From contig CATNEN010000001.1 of NCBI GenBank assembly GCA_950097015.1, positions 62,001 to 126,000 of the forward strand: a stretch of DNA of 64,000 nt. Direction: 5' to 3'. The notes under the pieces are model-generated. The model ran no database searches, was not told where the DNA came from, and saw only the letters and a list, made by a program, of their open reading frames with translations. Origin of the DNA: Macrostomum hystrix. Lineage: Eukaryota; Animalia; Platyhelminthes. Made by a program: the position numbers and the translations under genes. This document shows, piece after piece, positions 34,803 to 48,000 of this stretch (position 1 is its first letter; every line of letters starts with the position of its first letter).

Positions 34803-37521
34803 AGGTTTCTAAAGGTAACTACTAAACTAAAGGTGTGTACTTAAATTGAATGCTCAGGAATTTAAAATTCGTAAGACCCTAATCTTGAAATTTGCCTAAA
34901 GCATACATTGCTTTCCTGAACTTTTTTCTCAAACTAGAAAATGAGGATTGGTACATCAAAATCCTTTGTTACGTTACGACTCATTCGTTAATTTTTTTCT
35001 AATCTAACAAACTTTGTTTAAGAGTCTAAATCAGACAGTTAACTTTTGTTAAACCCAATGCATCTTAAAAACCCATTCTTTCCGTCATTAACTAGATTCT
35101 TTACTGTCATAATAAAAAATTAGCACTAAAAGCCACGAGGCCTACAGTGATAAAACCATAAAAACAGAAAACCCTGCAGAATTGATGTCGTAACGAAAAG
35201 TACAGAAATCTAAAATCGCATATAAATATTTAACTAAAAGGCGAACTGTGATTAAGATTACCATATGCATGTCGCAATGAACAACACAATGATCTGCACC
35301 CACTGGGAAAAAAGCAGGCGGCCCGCTTACGGCGGAGCAGCGTGGCGTAGAGTCTGTGCCGAAGTCGGGATGCGCCACGCTTAGCAAGCGGCTAGCACGC
35401 TATGGTGGCTGCAAAGTCGCAGTCTGGCCGTGTGAGAGATACAATTCAGACTACTGACAACAGTAGAAAAGCAAGGACTTGGCTGCAAAACTCTCACATG
35501 ACACTAAAAAATATCGCCATAGAAAATGACAAGCTTAAAAGAGACTTCTGTGCACACTGAGAGTGGTGGGAGAGGACTGCGTGTGGCTATGGCTGACTGA
35601 CGAAGGCAAACAAGCCAGAAACCGGTCTCGGTCTGCCAGCGCGAGGTTCGTTCCCCACTTTTAGTGTGTTACAGGCCGAATGCTAGCCGAAAGCGGTATC
35701 TACATTTCGAAGCGTTGCCACCGCAATGCCGAATTGCAAGCCTGTATGCATTGGCACTGGATGCTGACCAAATAAGAACACAATGAAAGGACAGAACAGA
35801 ATAAAACAGGAGGCACTTATCATTGAGCAGACATCAGACGAAAACGAGCCCGAGAATAAACTGCTCAATAGTAAATTTATTAGCAGCAGAGCTCGAAATT
35901 ATTTATATTTTATTTACAAATGACTAATTAGTCGATAACAATAGCGAGTATTCGAAGATTTTGAAAAATAAAGTAGCTATATGTTTAACTGCGAAGCATA
36001 AGGAAATTATAGAAAACAGAGTGAATAACATTTGCCTAATAAAAATATTAATCGACAAGTTTGAGGAATCGCCATGCACCTTTGGGAGGGCAACTGCTTT
36101 TCCATCTGGTATACCAGAGACGATTTGGCGGCAAGTAGTGTAAGTGCCTTATGTCTAGCAGGCGACTCACACGGATATTCATGAAGGTTGCAACGAAGAA
36201 TATTAATTGTTCGTTATACCGCCATGACAATCAACAGAATTTGCCCCTTCACGGCCTTCAGTTGCACCAATATAATGCGACTCAGGACGGTAATGACTTC
36301 TGAATCCTGTAGAAAACCGGCAAATCTTAGTGATAATCCCCTCCACTGGAACATGTTTCCACTTGACACTCCTGCAGTAGGTTCAGACAACACCAGGATT
36401 TTCTTCAGCCAAAGCTAATTGCACAATTACTGCAGTGACAGGTTTACTGTCTTATTTAGCAGTAATTGCCAGCCGAAATGACTGACTAGCAAGACTGCCA
36501 ATTCCATGATGTATAAACTAGTTCATAAATAGAAAACTGGCTGAACTTTGACTTTTTGTCTTCAGGAAAGTAGAGTAGAGCACACTGGCAATTTTCAAAT
36601 GCTAACTTTGAAAAGGATTGTAGAACAAGTAGCTGAAATGAATAAAATATAAATGAGTGATAGCATACAGATAATTTGTTAGCTAAGCAATTGTTTTACC
36701 TAGCAAAAGTGGCTCTAATGCTATAGTAGAATGCCTGCCGTAACGGCCACCGTAACGCTGCAACGGATAGAAGAGACGCTGATTGCGGGCCGACTACGCA
36801 ATGGCTACAGAATAGAATAGAATGCGACATTATCAGTCGAGCCGCCTGCTATCCGCTTACTCATTTCCCATTGGGCAGCCGTTGATTAGCGCTAAATGCC
36901 CATTTGCACAGCAAAAACAAAATTAAAAAGCTCGTATCTCGTGTCAGTAAGCAACGATTTTTGCAAAAATTAAAGCAAAACAGTTGCTGCTTCCGAGCCT
37001 AGCTCTCGCAGCTGTCTTTGTACCTCACAATACGAGTATGCCAACTGCAACAATAAGCCACAATGAGCATAAGACTCAGAGACTAAAACTGTTTGCAGCC
37101 ATAAAAATGGAGGCTGTCGAGGCTTTGAAATATTTCACCTAAAAAAACTTCAGACATAAAGGAAGGCCGAATCGAGCACAGACAAAGGACCCGAGCACAG
37201 GTTTTGGTGGGTCCTTTGTGTAGCCGCACAGATTCTCTCTTGTGTTAAGGCACAATTTGAGTACAGAACTCATTCTTTTAAACGCTGAGCAGCCAGGAAT
37301 GAATTTTATCAGGTATTGAAACTGATGCAAATGGAGGCTGCGAATGGGGGTCGGAAATTTGTCTCAACTACTCAAGCTCAACTTAACTAGAAAGTCTACT
37401 CAGTGCAGCCATGCAGAAATATTTCTATATGAGCTCAGAAAGCATTGCAATAGAGGAGCCCTAAAAACTGATGCACACAGTCGCAATGCAGTGTGGCCTG
37501 CGATGCCCAGCCCATCCTTCT

Positions 37522-37544
37522 GTTGCTAGGCAACAATAAACAAA
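37522..37544 (+). promoter_or_regulatory. RFX X-box plus forkhead-type site, module 1 (unit 2)
   Basis: GTTGCTAGGCAAC AATAAACAAA; donor CAG|GTGAG at about 37698. Confidence 0.55.
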
Positions 37545-37849
37545 CTGCAGACGCCAATTTAAGAGCCGGAGTGGAGCATCGTTTCGCTCTTCATTTGCGA
37601 CGGCAGCTTTCAAGCAGCCGACTGACCGACATCCACCGACCGAGTCTCTCCGTTGCTAGGCGAGACTCTCCGGATCTCCCGTTGCTGCTGTAGTGCAGGT
37701 GAGGGGGTTAATTGCTGAACTAGTTTCCATAAACTACTAAACAGTGCTTTACTCTCTTAATGCTGTTATTTCTAACCAACAGTAGGTATATTAGTCGTTT
37801 GTTAAACTATGCTTTAGATGGATTTCAGAAATACAATCCTGACAGATAA

Positions 37850-39064
37850 AATGAGAGACAGAATGACATGAAATGCGAGACACAATGACATGAAATGAGA
37901 GACACAATGACATGAAATGAATGACAAAATGACATGAAATGAGAGACACAATGACATGAAATGAGAGACACAATGACATGAAATGAGAGACAGAATGATA
38001 TGAAATGAGAGACACAATGATATGATATGAGAGACACAATGACATGAAATGAGAGACACAATGACATGAAATGAGAGACACAATGACATGAAATGAGAGA
38101 CAGAATGATATGAAATGAGAGACACAATGACATGAAATGAGAGACACAATGACATGAAATGAGAGACACAATGACATGATATGAGAGACACAATGATATG
38201 AAATGAGAGACACAATGACATGAAATGAGAGACACAATGACATGAAATGAGAGACACAATGACATGAAATGAGAGACAGAATGATATGAAATGAGAGACA
38301 CAATGATATGAAATGAGAGACACAATGACATGAAATGAGAGACACAATGACATGAAATGAGAGACACAATGACATGAAATGAGAGACACAATGACATGAA
38401 ATGAGAGACACAATGACATGAAATGAGAGACACAATGACATGAAATGAGAGACACAATGACATGAAATGAGAGACACAATGACATGAAATGAGAGACACA
38501 ATGACATGAAATGAGAGACACAATGACATGAAATGAGAGACACAATGACATGAAATGAGAGACAGAATGATATGATATGAGAGACACAATGACATGAAAT
38601 GAGAGACACAATGACATGAAATGAGAGACACAATGACATGAAATGAGAGACACAATGACATGAAATGAGAGACACAATGACATGAAATGAGAGACACAAT
38701 GACATGAAATGAGAGACACAATGACATGAAATGAGAGACACAATGACATGAAATGAGAGACACAATGACATGAAATGAGAGACACAATGACATGAAATGA
38801 GAGACACAATGACATGAAATGAGAGACACAATGACATGAAATGAGAGACAGAATGATATGAAATGAGAGACAGAATGATATGAAATGAGAGACACAATGA
38901 CATGAAATGAGAGACACAATGACATGAAATGAGAGACACAATGACATGAAATGAGAGACACAATGACATGAAATGAGAGACACAATGACATGAAATGAGA
39001 GACACAATGACATGAAATGAGAGACACAATGACATGAAATGAGAGACACAATGACATGAAATGA
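37850..39064. repeat. 22-bp minisatellite (counterpart of 12640-14202)
   Basis: About 55 copies, with different variant units (CAGAATGATATG). Confidence 0.96.
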
Positions 39065-39646
39065 GGCCCAATTTAGTCTCCAAAGTTGGCACCTGAGCTA
39101 ATTTTGCAATATTTATTCGCGAATACATTAAAAGTCCATCTTCAAGACCTCACAGAAAGTCTAATCTTAGTATTTTAGAAAATTATTCTTCAAGCAATGG
39201 CCCTCTCACCCAAATACACCCAAAGCAATTCGCACAGAACAATGGACAGCAACAATGAACCCACAGCCGAAACTGTTTTGCAGCAATAAAATATTCAATG
39301 GCGAGTTTGAGCAGGCTAACTCATGCTTTGTCTTCGTCTCAAACTCAACTCGAGTCTTCTCTGTGCAGATTGAAGCAAGCCCCTCAACCTGTGTGCTCAA
39401 AGTGAGCAGTGTTTAATCTCTCATGTGGCATTGAAACTGTAGCGAATGGAAGCTGAGAATGGGTTGGACAAAGTACTTTTGTCACCGACTCAAACCCAAC
39501 TCAAATGCTTTAGTAGGCCATGCAGACCTGTCTCCGTATGGACTCAGTGTTCATGTACTTTAATCAGCTCATAGGATGTTTGAGTAGCACAAACTGGAGC
39601 ACACAGTCGCAATGCAGTGTAGAATGTATGCTCAGCCCATGCTTCT

Positions 39647-39907
39647 GTTGCTAGGCAACAAATAAACAAATTCGCACCGATTCAAAGTTACTGTCGAGTA
39701 TCCGTTTTCTCTTCATTCACAGCCAACTGAATCCTTTTTTAAACTGCTGAAGCCTCTGAGTCTGTCTGTTGCTAGGCGAGTCTTTCCGTTGCTAGGCGAG
39801 TCTCTCTGTTGCTAGGCGAGTCTCTCCGTTGCTAGGCGAGTCTCTCCGTTGCTAGGCGAGTCTTTCCGTTGCTAGGCGAGTCTCTCCGTTGCTAGGCGAG
39901 TCTCTCC
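39647..39907 (+). promoter_or_regulatory. RFX X-box module 2 (unit 2) followed by 7 tandem 20-bp X-box-like repeats GTTGCTAGGCGAGTCTCTCC
   Basis: Full X-box at 39647-39659; repeats start at 39768 with 20-bp spacing. Confidence 0.55.
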
Positions 39908-41039
39908 GGATCGCCCATTGCTGGCAGTGTCCAGAGGACTCAAAGGTAAAGTAAATTTAACTTTTTAGTTCAACAGCTTCCGACTTTTGTACGCACATCC
40001 AAGATCTTTAATCATAGTTTAAAGTCTGCATACTTTAAGTTACTTGTATCGTCTTTTCCATTTGCAATAGCTACTTCACCAGCTGTTACAGTATTTAGGA
40101 CAAAATATGTATTTATATGGGCTGGCCTGGCGGTGCAATCAGAGTGGAAAAAGTTGTCTTTTACAATTCCGTTTTCAGGCAGCTATTTGCTACTTTCTAC
40201 TGTAAGTAGTGCTGATTAAGCATACATTTTTAGACTACTATATCTTAGGCTATTATATTATTATAATAGGCTATCTTAGGATAAAACGCACTGTTATTTC
40301 CGATACTCACTACTGTAAACAGTGTGCAACAACAACTAATCATGAAGATTGCGGTGAAAAAGAGATATAAGTGGAAAAATATTTAAAAGAAAAGAAAAAA
40401 TAGGACAAAATTGCGAGTGTAAATGAATGCTAAAGAGAAGGGAAGAGAGAGGAGGAGAGAAAAAGAAGGAGTATCGAATTGTCAAGCATCATGTTCTATT
40501 TCATTTCTAGGCTGATAGAAGATTGGAGCTAACGGAGATAGATGGGTAGGAGACAGAAGAAATTGTTTCAATCGGGATCATTTATCAATGGGAATAATTC
40601 CTCAATAGGGATAATTTGTCAGATGAAAGTTTGATAAAAGATGATCATTTGTCAGTGGGAAATCTAACGTCATGGGACAATTTTATCGCGGGAAAAATAG
40701 AAAATGGTGTCAATTAATAAAGCGAGAAAGTGAAATTTATTCTACATTGATAATTTTACAATTTTACGTGCAATAAATTGACAAAGAAGTATCTTAGTCT
40801 AAGAAGATAATTTGCCCAGGAAGGATAATTTAAACCAAGGGCTTTAGACAAAGGGGACACTTTCTCAAATGAGGATATATCGATTAAGGGACTTTTTGCC
40901 ACGGAAAACACTTATGTATGTACAAAGAGACAGAGAATGTAAAATCAGGGACGATTTACCACAATTAAATTTTACACACCAATTTTAAACTATTTGACCA
41001 GGGCGAATAAATTAATGAAAGAAGTAAAACCCAGCTGTT

Positions 41040-41798
41040 TTACTTGCAGTAGTACTGTAGTGATATTGTACTTGCAGTAGTACTGTAGTGATATTGTACT
41101 TGCAGTAGTACTGTAGTGATATTGTACTTGCAGTAGTACTGTAGTGATATTATACTTGCAGTAGTACTGTAGTGATATTATACTTGCAGTAGTACTGTAG
41201 TGATATTATACTAGCAGTTACTGTAGTGATATTATACTTGCAGTAGTACTGTAGTGATATTATACTTGCAGTAGTACTGTAGTGATATTGTACTTGCAGT
41301 AGTACTGTATTGATATAATACTTGCAGTAGTACTGTAGTGATATTGTACTTGCAGTAGTACTGTAGTGATATTATACTTGCAGTTACTGTAGTGATATTA
41401 TACTTGCAGTAGTACTGTAGTGATATCATACGTGCAGTAGTATTGTAGTGATATTATACTTGCAGTAGTACTGTAGTGATATTGTACTTGCAGTAGTACT
41501 GTAGTGATATCATACGGGCAGTAGTACTGTAGTGATATTATACTTGCAGTAGTACTGTAGTGATATTGTACTTGCAGTAGTACTGTAGTGATATCATACG
41601 GGCAGTAGTACTGTAGTGATATTATACTTGTAGTAGTACTGTAGTGATATTATACTTGCAGTTACTGTAGTGATATTATACTTGCAGTAGTACTGTAGTG
41701 ATATTATACTTGCAGTAGTACTGTAGTGATATTATACTTGCAGTAGTACTGTAGTGATATTGTACTTGCAGTAGTACTGTAGTGATAATTTGCTTGCA
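41040..41798. repeat. 28-bp minisatellite (counterpart of 16076-17345)
   Basis: About 27 copies. Confidence 0.95.
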
Positions 41799-42409
41799 GC
41801 ATTGCTGCAGTATGAAGGGATTATTGAGGCAAAAAGAGAGTAGAAAGAATATGTTGGCGTTTAATTAGACTATTTTTTACATCATATTTTCTTATTCAGT
41901 TTCGGCAGCCTTCGAACTGCTCACTCACTGACAGCCTCTGAGTCTCACCGTTGCTAGCGAGTCTCACCGTTGCTAGGCGAGTCTCCCCCGTTGCCAGGGA
42001 AGTGTCTCCGTTGCTAGGCGAGTCTCAGCAAGTCGCTCACCACTGCTGTTGCAGCTGCGGCTGCATCGTGGACTCATCGGTGAGTGTTGTTGGCATTGTA
42101 GTTTGCAATTGACTGGAAAAGTACAATTTGCATACTGGCGTTTGCTGACCCTGACCATAGACACCAATAGGAAATAAAGTGCGAATTTACTGATTGGACG
42201 GGTTTGAAGCTTCTTGCTGAAATTCGCTGGTGGAATTTCGCTTAAGAACTTTGTGTTCTTAAGAATATTGGTAAGAAAATTGGCGATAAATCTTCGTTTG
42301 TGAGTAGCATTTTACAGGAAATAATTTGCCTATTGAGAGGATAATTTGACAACTAAGGGGAGATTTTTAATAAAGTGTGATAAGCTACTAATTGAGAAGA
42401 TATATTTGT

Positions 42410-43465
42410 TGATTAAGGGGATGACTTGGGGATTAAGGGAATCACTTTGGGATTTGTGGGGTTAATTTGTGGATTGAGGGGATAAATTTAGGATTTAAGG
42501 GATAATCTGTGGATTGAGGGGATAATCTGTGGATTGAGGGGATAATCTGTGGATTGAGGGGATAATCTGTGGATTGAGGGGATAATCTGTGGATTGAGGG
42601 GACAATCTGTGGATTGAGGGGATAATCTGTGGAATGAGGGGATAATCTTTGGATTGAGGGATAATCTGTGGATTGAGGGGATAATCTGTGGATTGAGGGG
42701 ATAATCTGTGGATTGAGGGGGATAATGTGTGGATTGAGGGGATAATCTGTGGATTGAGGGGATAATCTGTGGATTGAGGGGATAATCTGTGGATTGAGGG
42801 GATAATCTTTGGATTGAGGGGTTAATCTGTTGATTGAGGGGATAATCTGTGGATTGAGGGGATAATCTGTGGATTGAGGGGATAATCTGTGAATTGAGGG
42901 GACAAACTGTGGATTGAGGGGACAAAGTGTGGATTGAGGGGATAATCTGTGGATTGAGGGGATAATCTGTGGATTGAGGGGATAATCTGTGAATTGAGGG
43001 ATAATCTGTGGATTGAGGGGATAATCTGTGGATTGATGGGATAATCTGTGGATTGAGGGGTTAATCTGTTGATTGAGGGGATAATCTGTGGATTGAGGGG
43101 ATAATCTGTGGATTGAGGGGATAATCTGTGGATTGAGGGGATAATCTGTGGATTGAGCGGATATTCTGTGGATTGAGGGGATATTCTGTGGATTGAGGGG
43201 ATAATCTGTGGATTGAGGGTATAATCTGTGGATTGAGGGGATAATCTGTGGATTGAGGGGATAATCTGTGAATTGAGGGATAATCTGTGGATTGAGGGGA
43301 TAATCTGTGGATTGATGGGATAATCTTTGGATTGAGGGGATAATCTGTGGATTGAGGTGATAATCTGTGGATTGAGGGGACAAACTGTGGATTGAGGGGA
43401 TAATCTGTGGATTGAGGGGTTAATCTGTTGATTAAGGGGATAATCTGTGGATTGAGGGGATAATT
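42410..43465. repeat. 20-bp minisatellite (counterpart of 18000-19206)
   Basis: About 52 copies. Confidence 0.95.
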
Positions 43466-43909
43466 TTAAATGGGATAGAGGGGAAACTGTGTTGATTATT
43501 AGCTAAATATTGGGATTTAACTGCCGTTGATTTGACATATTGCAAGATAAGTGGGTTAAGCTGCAATGGACGGTGATTCTTAGAAACTCGGCTGACAAAC
43601 AATAATATTCTCTAGTTTTCCCTCTATGCAGTGAGAGGCTGTTGCTTGTTGCGACTGAACAGCGAGCCACCGTATAATAAACTACCGAATAACTGCAATG
43701 AATGGCCTTGGTTACAGGTTCTACTTTTCTTCCGCGTTTCTGTTTGGCAATAATCTTTCGCCATGCCGACACGCAAAGTCCTGGATTGATTTGTCTGTTG
43801 TAAAATTCAATACCTCAGCGATTAGGAAAACACGTTCGGCTAGTGTTCTTCATTTACACGATAATCCCAAAAGAATTTCGAGAAATAAATAGATGGAGGG
43901 GAATAGTCA

Positions 43910-45024
43910 CAGACAGAGGAATAGACAGAGGAATGACAGAGGAATAGACAGAGGAATGACAGAGGAATGACAGAGGAATGACAGAGGAATAGACAGAGGA
44001 ATGACAGAGGAATGACAGAGGAATGACAGAGGAATGACAGAGGAATGACAGAGGAATAGACAGAGGAATAGACAGAGGAATGACAGAGGAATGACAGAGG
44101 AATGACAGAGGAATGACAGAGGAATGACAGGGGAATGACAGAGGAATGACAGAGGAATGACAGAGGAATGACAGAGGAATAGACAGAGGAATAGACAGAG
44201 GAATGACAGAGGAATGACAGAGGAATGACAGAGGAATGACAGAGGAATGACAGAGGAATGACAGAGGAATAGACAGAGGAATAGACAGAGGAATGACAGA
44301 GGAATGACAGAGGAATAGACAGAGGAATGACAGAGGAATGACAGAGGAATGACAGAGGAATGACAGAGGAATGACAGAGGAATAGACAGAGGAATAGACA
44401 GAGGAATGACAGAGGAATGACAGAGGAATGACAGAGGAATAACAGAGGAATGACAGAGGAATGACAGAGGAATAGACAGAGGAATGACAGAGGAATGACA
44501 GAGGAATGACAGAGGAATGACAGAGGAATGACAGAGGAATAGACAGAGGAATAGACAGAGGAATGACAGAGGAATGACAGAGGAATAGACAGAGGAATGA
44601 CAGAGGAATGACAGAGGAATGACAGAGGAATAGACAGAGGAATGACAGAGGAATGACAGAGGAATGACAGAGGAATGACAGAGGAATAGACAGAGGAATA
44701 GACAGAGGAATGACAGAGGAATGACAGAGGAATGACAGAGGAATGACAGAGGAATGACAGAGGAATGACAGAGGAATGACAGAGGAATGACAGAGGAATG
44801 ACAGAGGAATGACAGAGGAATGACAGAGGAATGACAGAGGAATGACAGAGGAATAGACAGAGGAATAGACAGAGGAATGACAGAGGAATGACAGAGGAAT
44901 GACAGAGGAATGACAGAGGAATGACAGAGGAATGACAGAGGAATAGACAGAGGAATAGACAGAGGAATCACAGAGGAATGACAGAGGAATAGACAGAGGA
45001 ATAGACAGAGGAATAGACAGAGGA
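43910..45024. repeat. 11/12-bp minisatellite GACAGAGGAAT(A)
   Basis: About 100 copies; only a ~3-copy seed exists at 20400-20440 in unit 1. Confidence 0.95.
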
Positions 45025-48000
45025 AGAGGGATGAGAGTGAGAAACAGAGAGGGATGAGAGTGAGGAACTGAGAGGGATGAGAGTGAGGAACTGAGAGGGA
45101 TTAGAGTGAGGAACTGAGAGGGATTAGAGTGAGGAACAGAGAGGGATTAGAGTGAGGAACAGAGAGGGATGAGAGTGAGGAACTGAGAGGGATGAGAGTG
45201 AGGAACTGAGAGGGATGAGAGTGAGGAACTGAGAGGGATTAGAGTGAGGAACTGAGAGGGATTAGAGTGAGGAACTGAGAGGGATTAGAGTGAGGAACTG
45301 AGAGGGATGAGAGTGAGGAACTGAGAGGGATGAGAGTGAGGAACTGAGAGGGATTAGAGTGAGGAACTGAGAGGGATGAGAGTGAGGAACTGAGAGGGAT
45401 GAGAGTGAGGAACTGAGAGGGATGAGAGTGAGGAACTGAGAAGGATGAGAGTGAGGAACTGAGAGGGATTAGAGTGAGGAACTGAGAGGGATTAGAGTGA
45501 GGAACAGAGAGGGATGAGAGTGAGGAACTGAGAGGGATAAGATTGAGGAACTGAGAGGGATGAGAGTGAGGAACTGAGAGGGATTAGAGTGAGGAACTGA
45601 GAGGGATGAGAGTGAGGAACTGAGAGGGATGAGAGTGAGGTACACAGAGGGGATGAGAGTGAGGTACTGAGAGGGATGAGAGTGAGGAACTGAGAGGGAT
45701 TAGAGTGAGGAACTGAGAGGGATGAGAGTGAGGAACTGAGAGGGATTAGAGTGAGGAACTGAGAGGGATTAGAGTGAGGAACTGAGAGGGATGAGATTGA
45801 GGTACACAGAGGGGATGAGAGTGAGGTACACAGAGGGGATGAGAGTGAGGTACACAGAGGAGATGAGAGTGAAGTACACAGAGGGGATGAGACTGAGGTA
45901 CACAGAGGGGATGAGAGTGAGGAACTGAGAGGGATTAGAGTGAGGAACAGAGAGGGATTAGAGTGAGGAACAGAGAGGGATTAGAGTGAGGAACAGAGAG
46001 GGATTAGAGTGAGGAACAGAGAGGGATTAGAGTGAGGAACTGAGAGGGATTAGAGTGAGGAACTGAGAGGGATGAGAGTGAGGAACTGAGAGGGATTAGA
46101 GTGAGGAACTGAGAGGGATTAGAGTGAGGAACTGAGAGGGATGAGAGTGAGGAACTGAGAGGGATGAGAGTGAGGAACTGAGAAGGATGAGAGTGAGGAA
46201 CTGAGAGGGATTAGAGTGAGGAACTGAGAGGGATTAGAGTGAGGAACTGAGAGGGATGAGAGTGAGGAACTGAGAGGGATGAGATTGAGGTACACAGAGG
46301 GGATGAGAGTGAGGTACACAGAGGGGATGAGAGTGAGGTACTGAGAGGGATGAGAGTGAGGAACTGAGAGAGATTAGAGTGAGGAACTGAGAAGGATGAG
46401 AGTGAGGAACTGAGAGGGATGAGATTGAGGAACAGAGAGGGATGAGAGTGAGGTACACAGAGGGGATGAGAGTGAGGTACACAGAGGGGATAAGAGTGAG
46501 GTACACAGAGGGGATGAGAGTGAGGTACACAGAGGAGATGAGAGTGAGGTACACAGAGGGGATGAGAGTGAGGTACACAGAGGGGATGAGAGTGAGGTAC
46601 ACAGAGGGGATGAGAGTGAGGTACACAGAGGGGATGAGAGTGAGGTACACAGAGGGGATGAGAGTGAGGAACCGAGAGGGATGAGAGTGAGGAACTGAGA
46701 GGGATTAGAGTGAGGAACTGAGAAGGATGAGAGTGAGGAACTGAGAGGGATGAGAGTGAGGAACTGAGAGGGATGAGAGTGAGGAACTGAGAGGGATGAG
46801 AGTGAGGAACTGAGAAGGATGAGAGTGAGGAACTGAGAGGGATTAGAGTGAGGAACTGAGAGGGATGAGAGTGAGGAACTGAGAGGGATGAGAGTGAGGA
46901 ACACAGAGGGGATGAGAGTGAGGAACAGAGAGGGATTAGAGTGAGGAACTGAGAGGGATTAGAGTGAGGAACTGAGAGGGATGAGAGTGAGGAACAGAGA
47001 GGGATGAGAGTGAGGAACTGAGAGGGATGAGAGTGAGGAACAGAGAGGGATTAGATTGAGGAACTGAGAGGGATTAGAGTGAGGAACAGAGAGGGATGAG
47101 AGTGAGGAACTGAGAGGGATTAGAGTGAGGAACAGAGAGGGATGAGAGTGAGGAACTGAGAGGGATTAGAGTGAGGAACAGAGAGGGATTAGAGTGAGGA
47201 ACTGAGAGGGATGAGAGTGAGGAACTGAGAGGGATTAGAGTGAGGAACTGAGAGGGATTAGAGTGAGGAACTGAGAAGGATGAGATTGAGGTACACAGAG
47301 GGGATGAGAGTGAGGTACACAGAGGGGATGAGACTGAGGTACACAGAGGGGATGAGAGTGAGGTACACAGAGGGGACGAGAGTGAAGTACACAGAGGGGA
47401 TGAGAGTGAGGAACAGAGAGGGATTAGAGTGAGGAACTGAGAGGGATTAGAGTGAGGAACAGAGAGGGATTAGAGTGAGGAACAGAGAGGGATTAGAGTG
47501 AGGAACTGAGAGGGATTAGAGTGAGGAACTGAGAGGGATTAGAGTGAGGAACTGAGAGGGATTAGAGTGAGGAACTGAGAGGGATGAGAGTGAGGAACTG
47601 AGAAGGATGAGAGTGAGGAACTGAGAGGGATTAGAGTGAGGAACTGAGAGGGATTAGAGTGAGGAACTGAGAGGGATGAGAGTGAGGAACTGAGAGGGAT
47701 GAGAGTGAGGTACACAGAGGGGATGAGAGTGAGGTACTGAGAGGGATGAGAGTGAGGAACTGAGAGGGATTAGAGTGAGGAACTGAGAAGGATGAGAGTG
47801 AGGAACTGAGAGGGATAAGATTGAGGAACAGAGAGGGATGAGAGTGAGGTACACAGAGGGGATGAGAGTGAGGTACACAGAGGAGATGAGAGTGAGGTAC
47901 ACAGAGGGGATGAGAGTGAGGTACACAGAGGGGATGAGAGTGAGGTACACAGAGGGGATGAGAGTGAGGTACACAGAGGGGATGAGAGTGAGGTACACAG

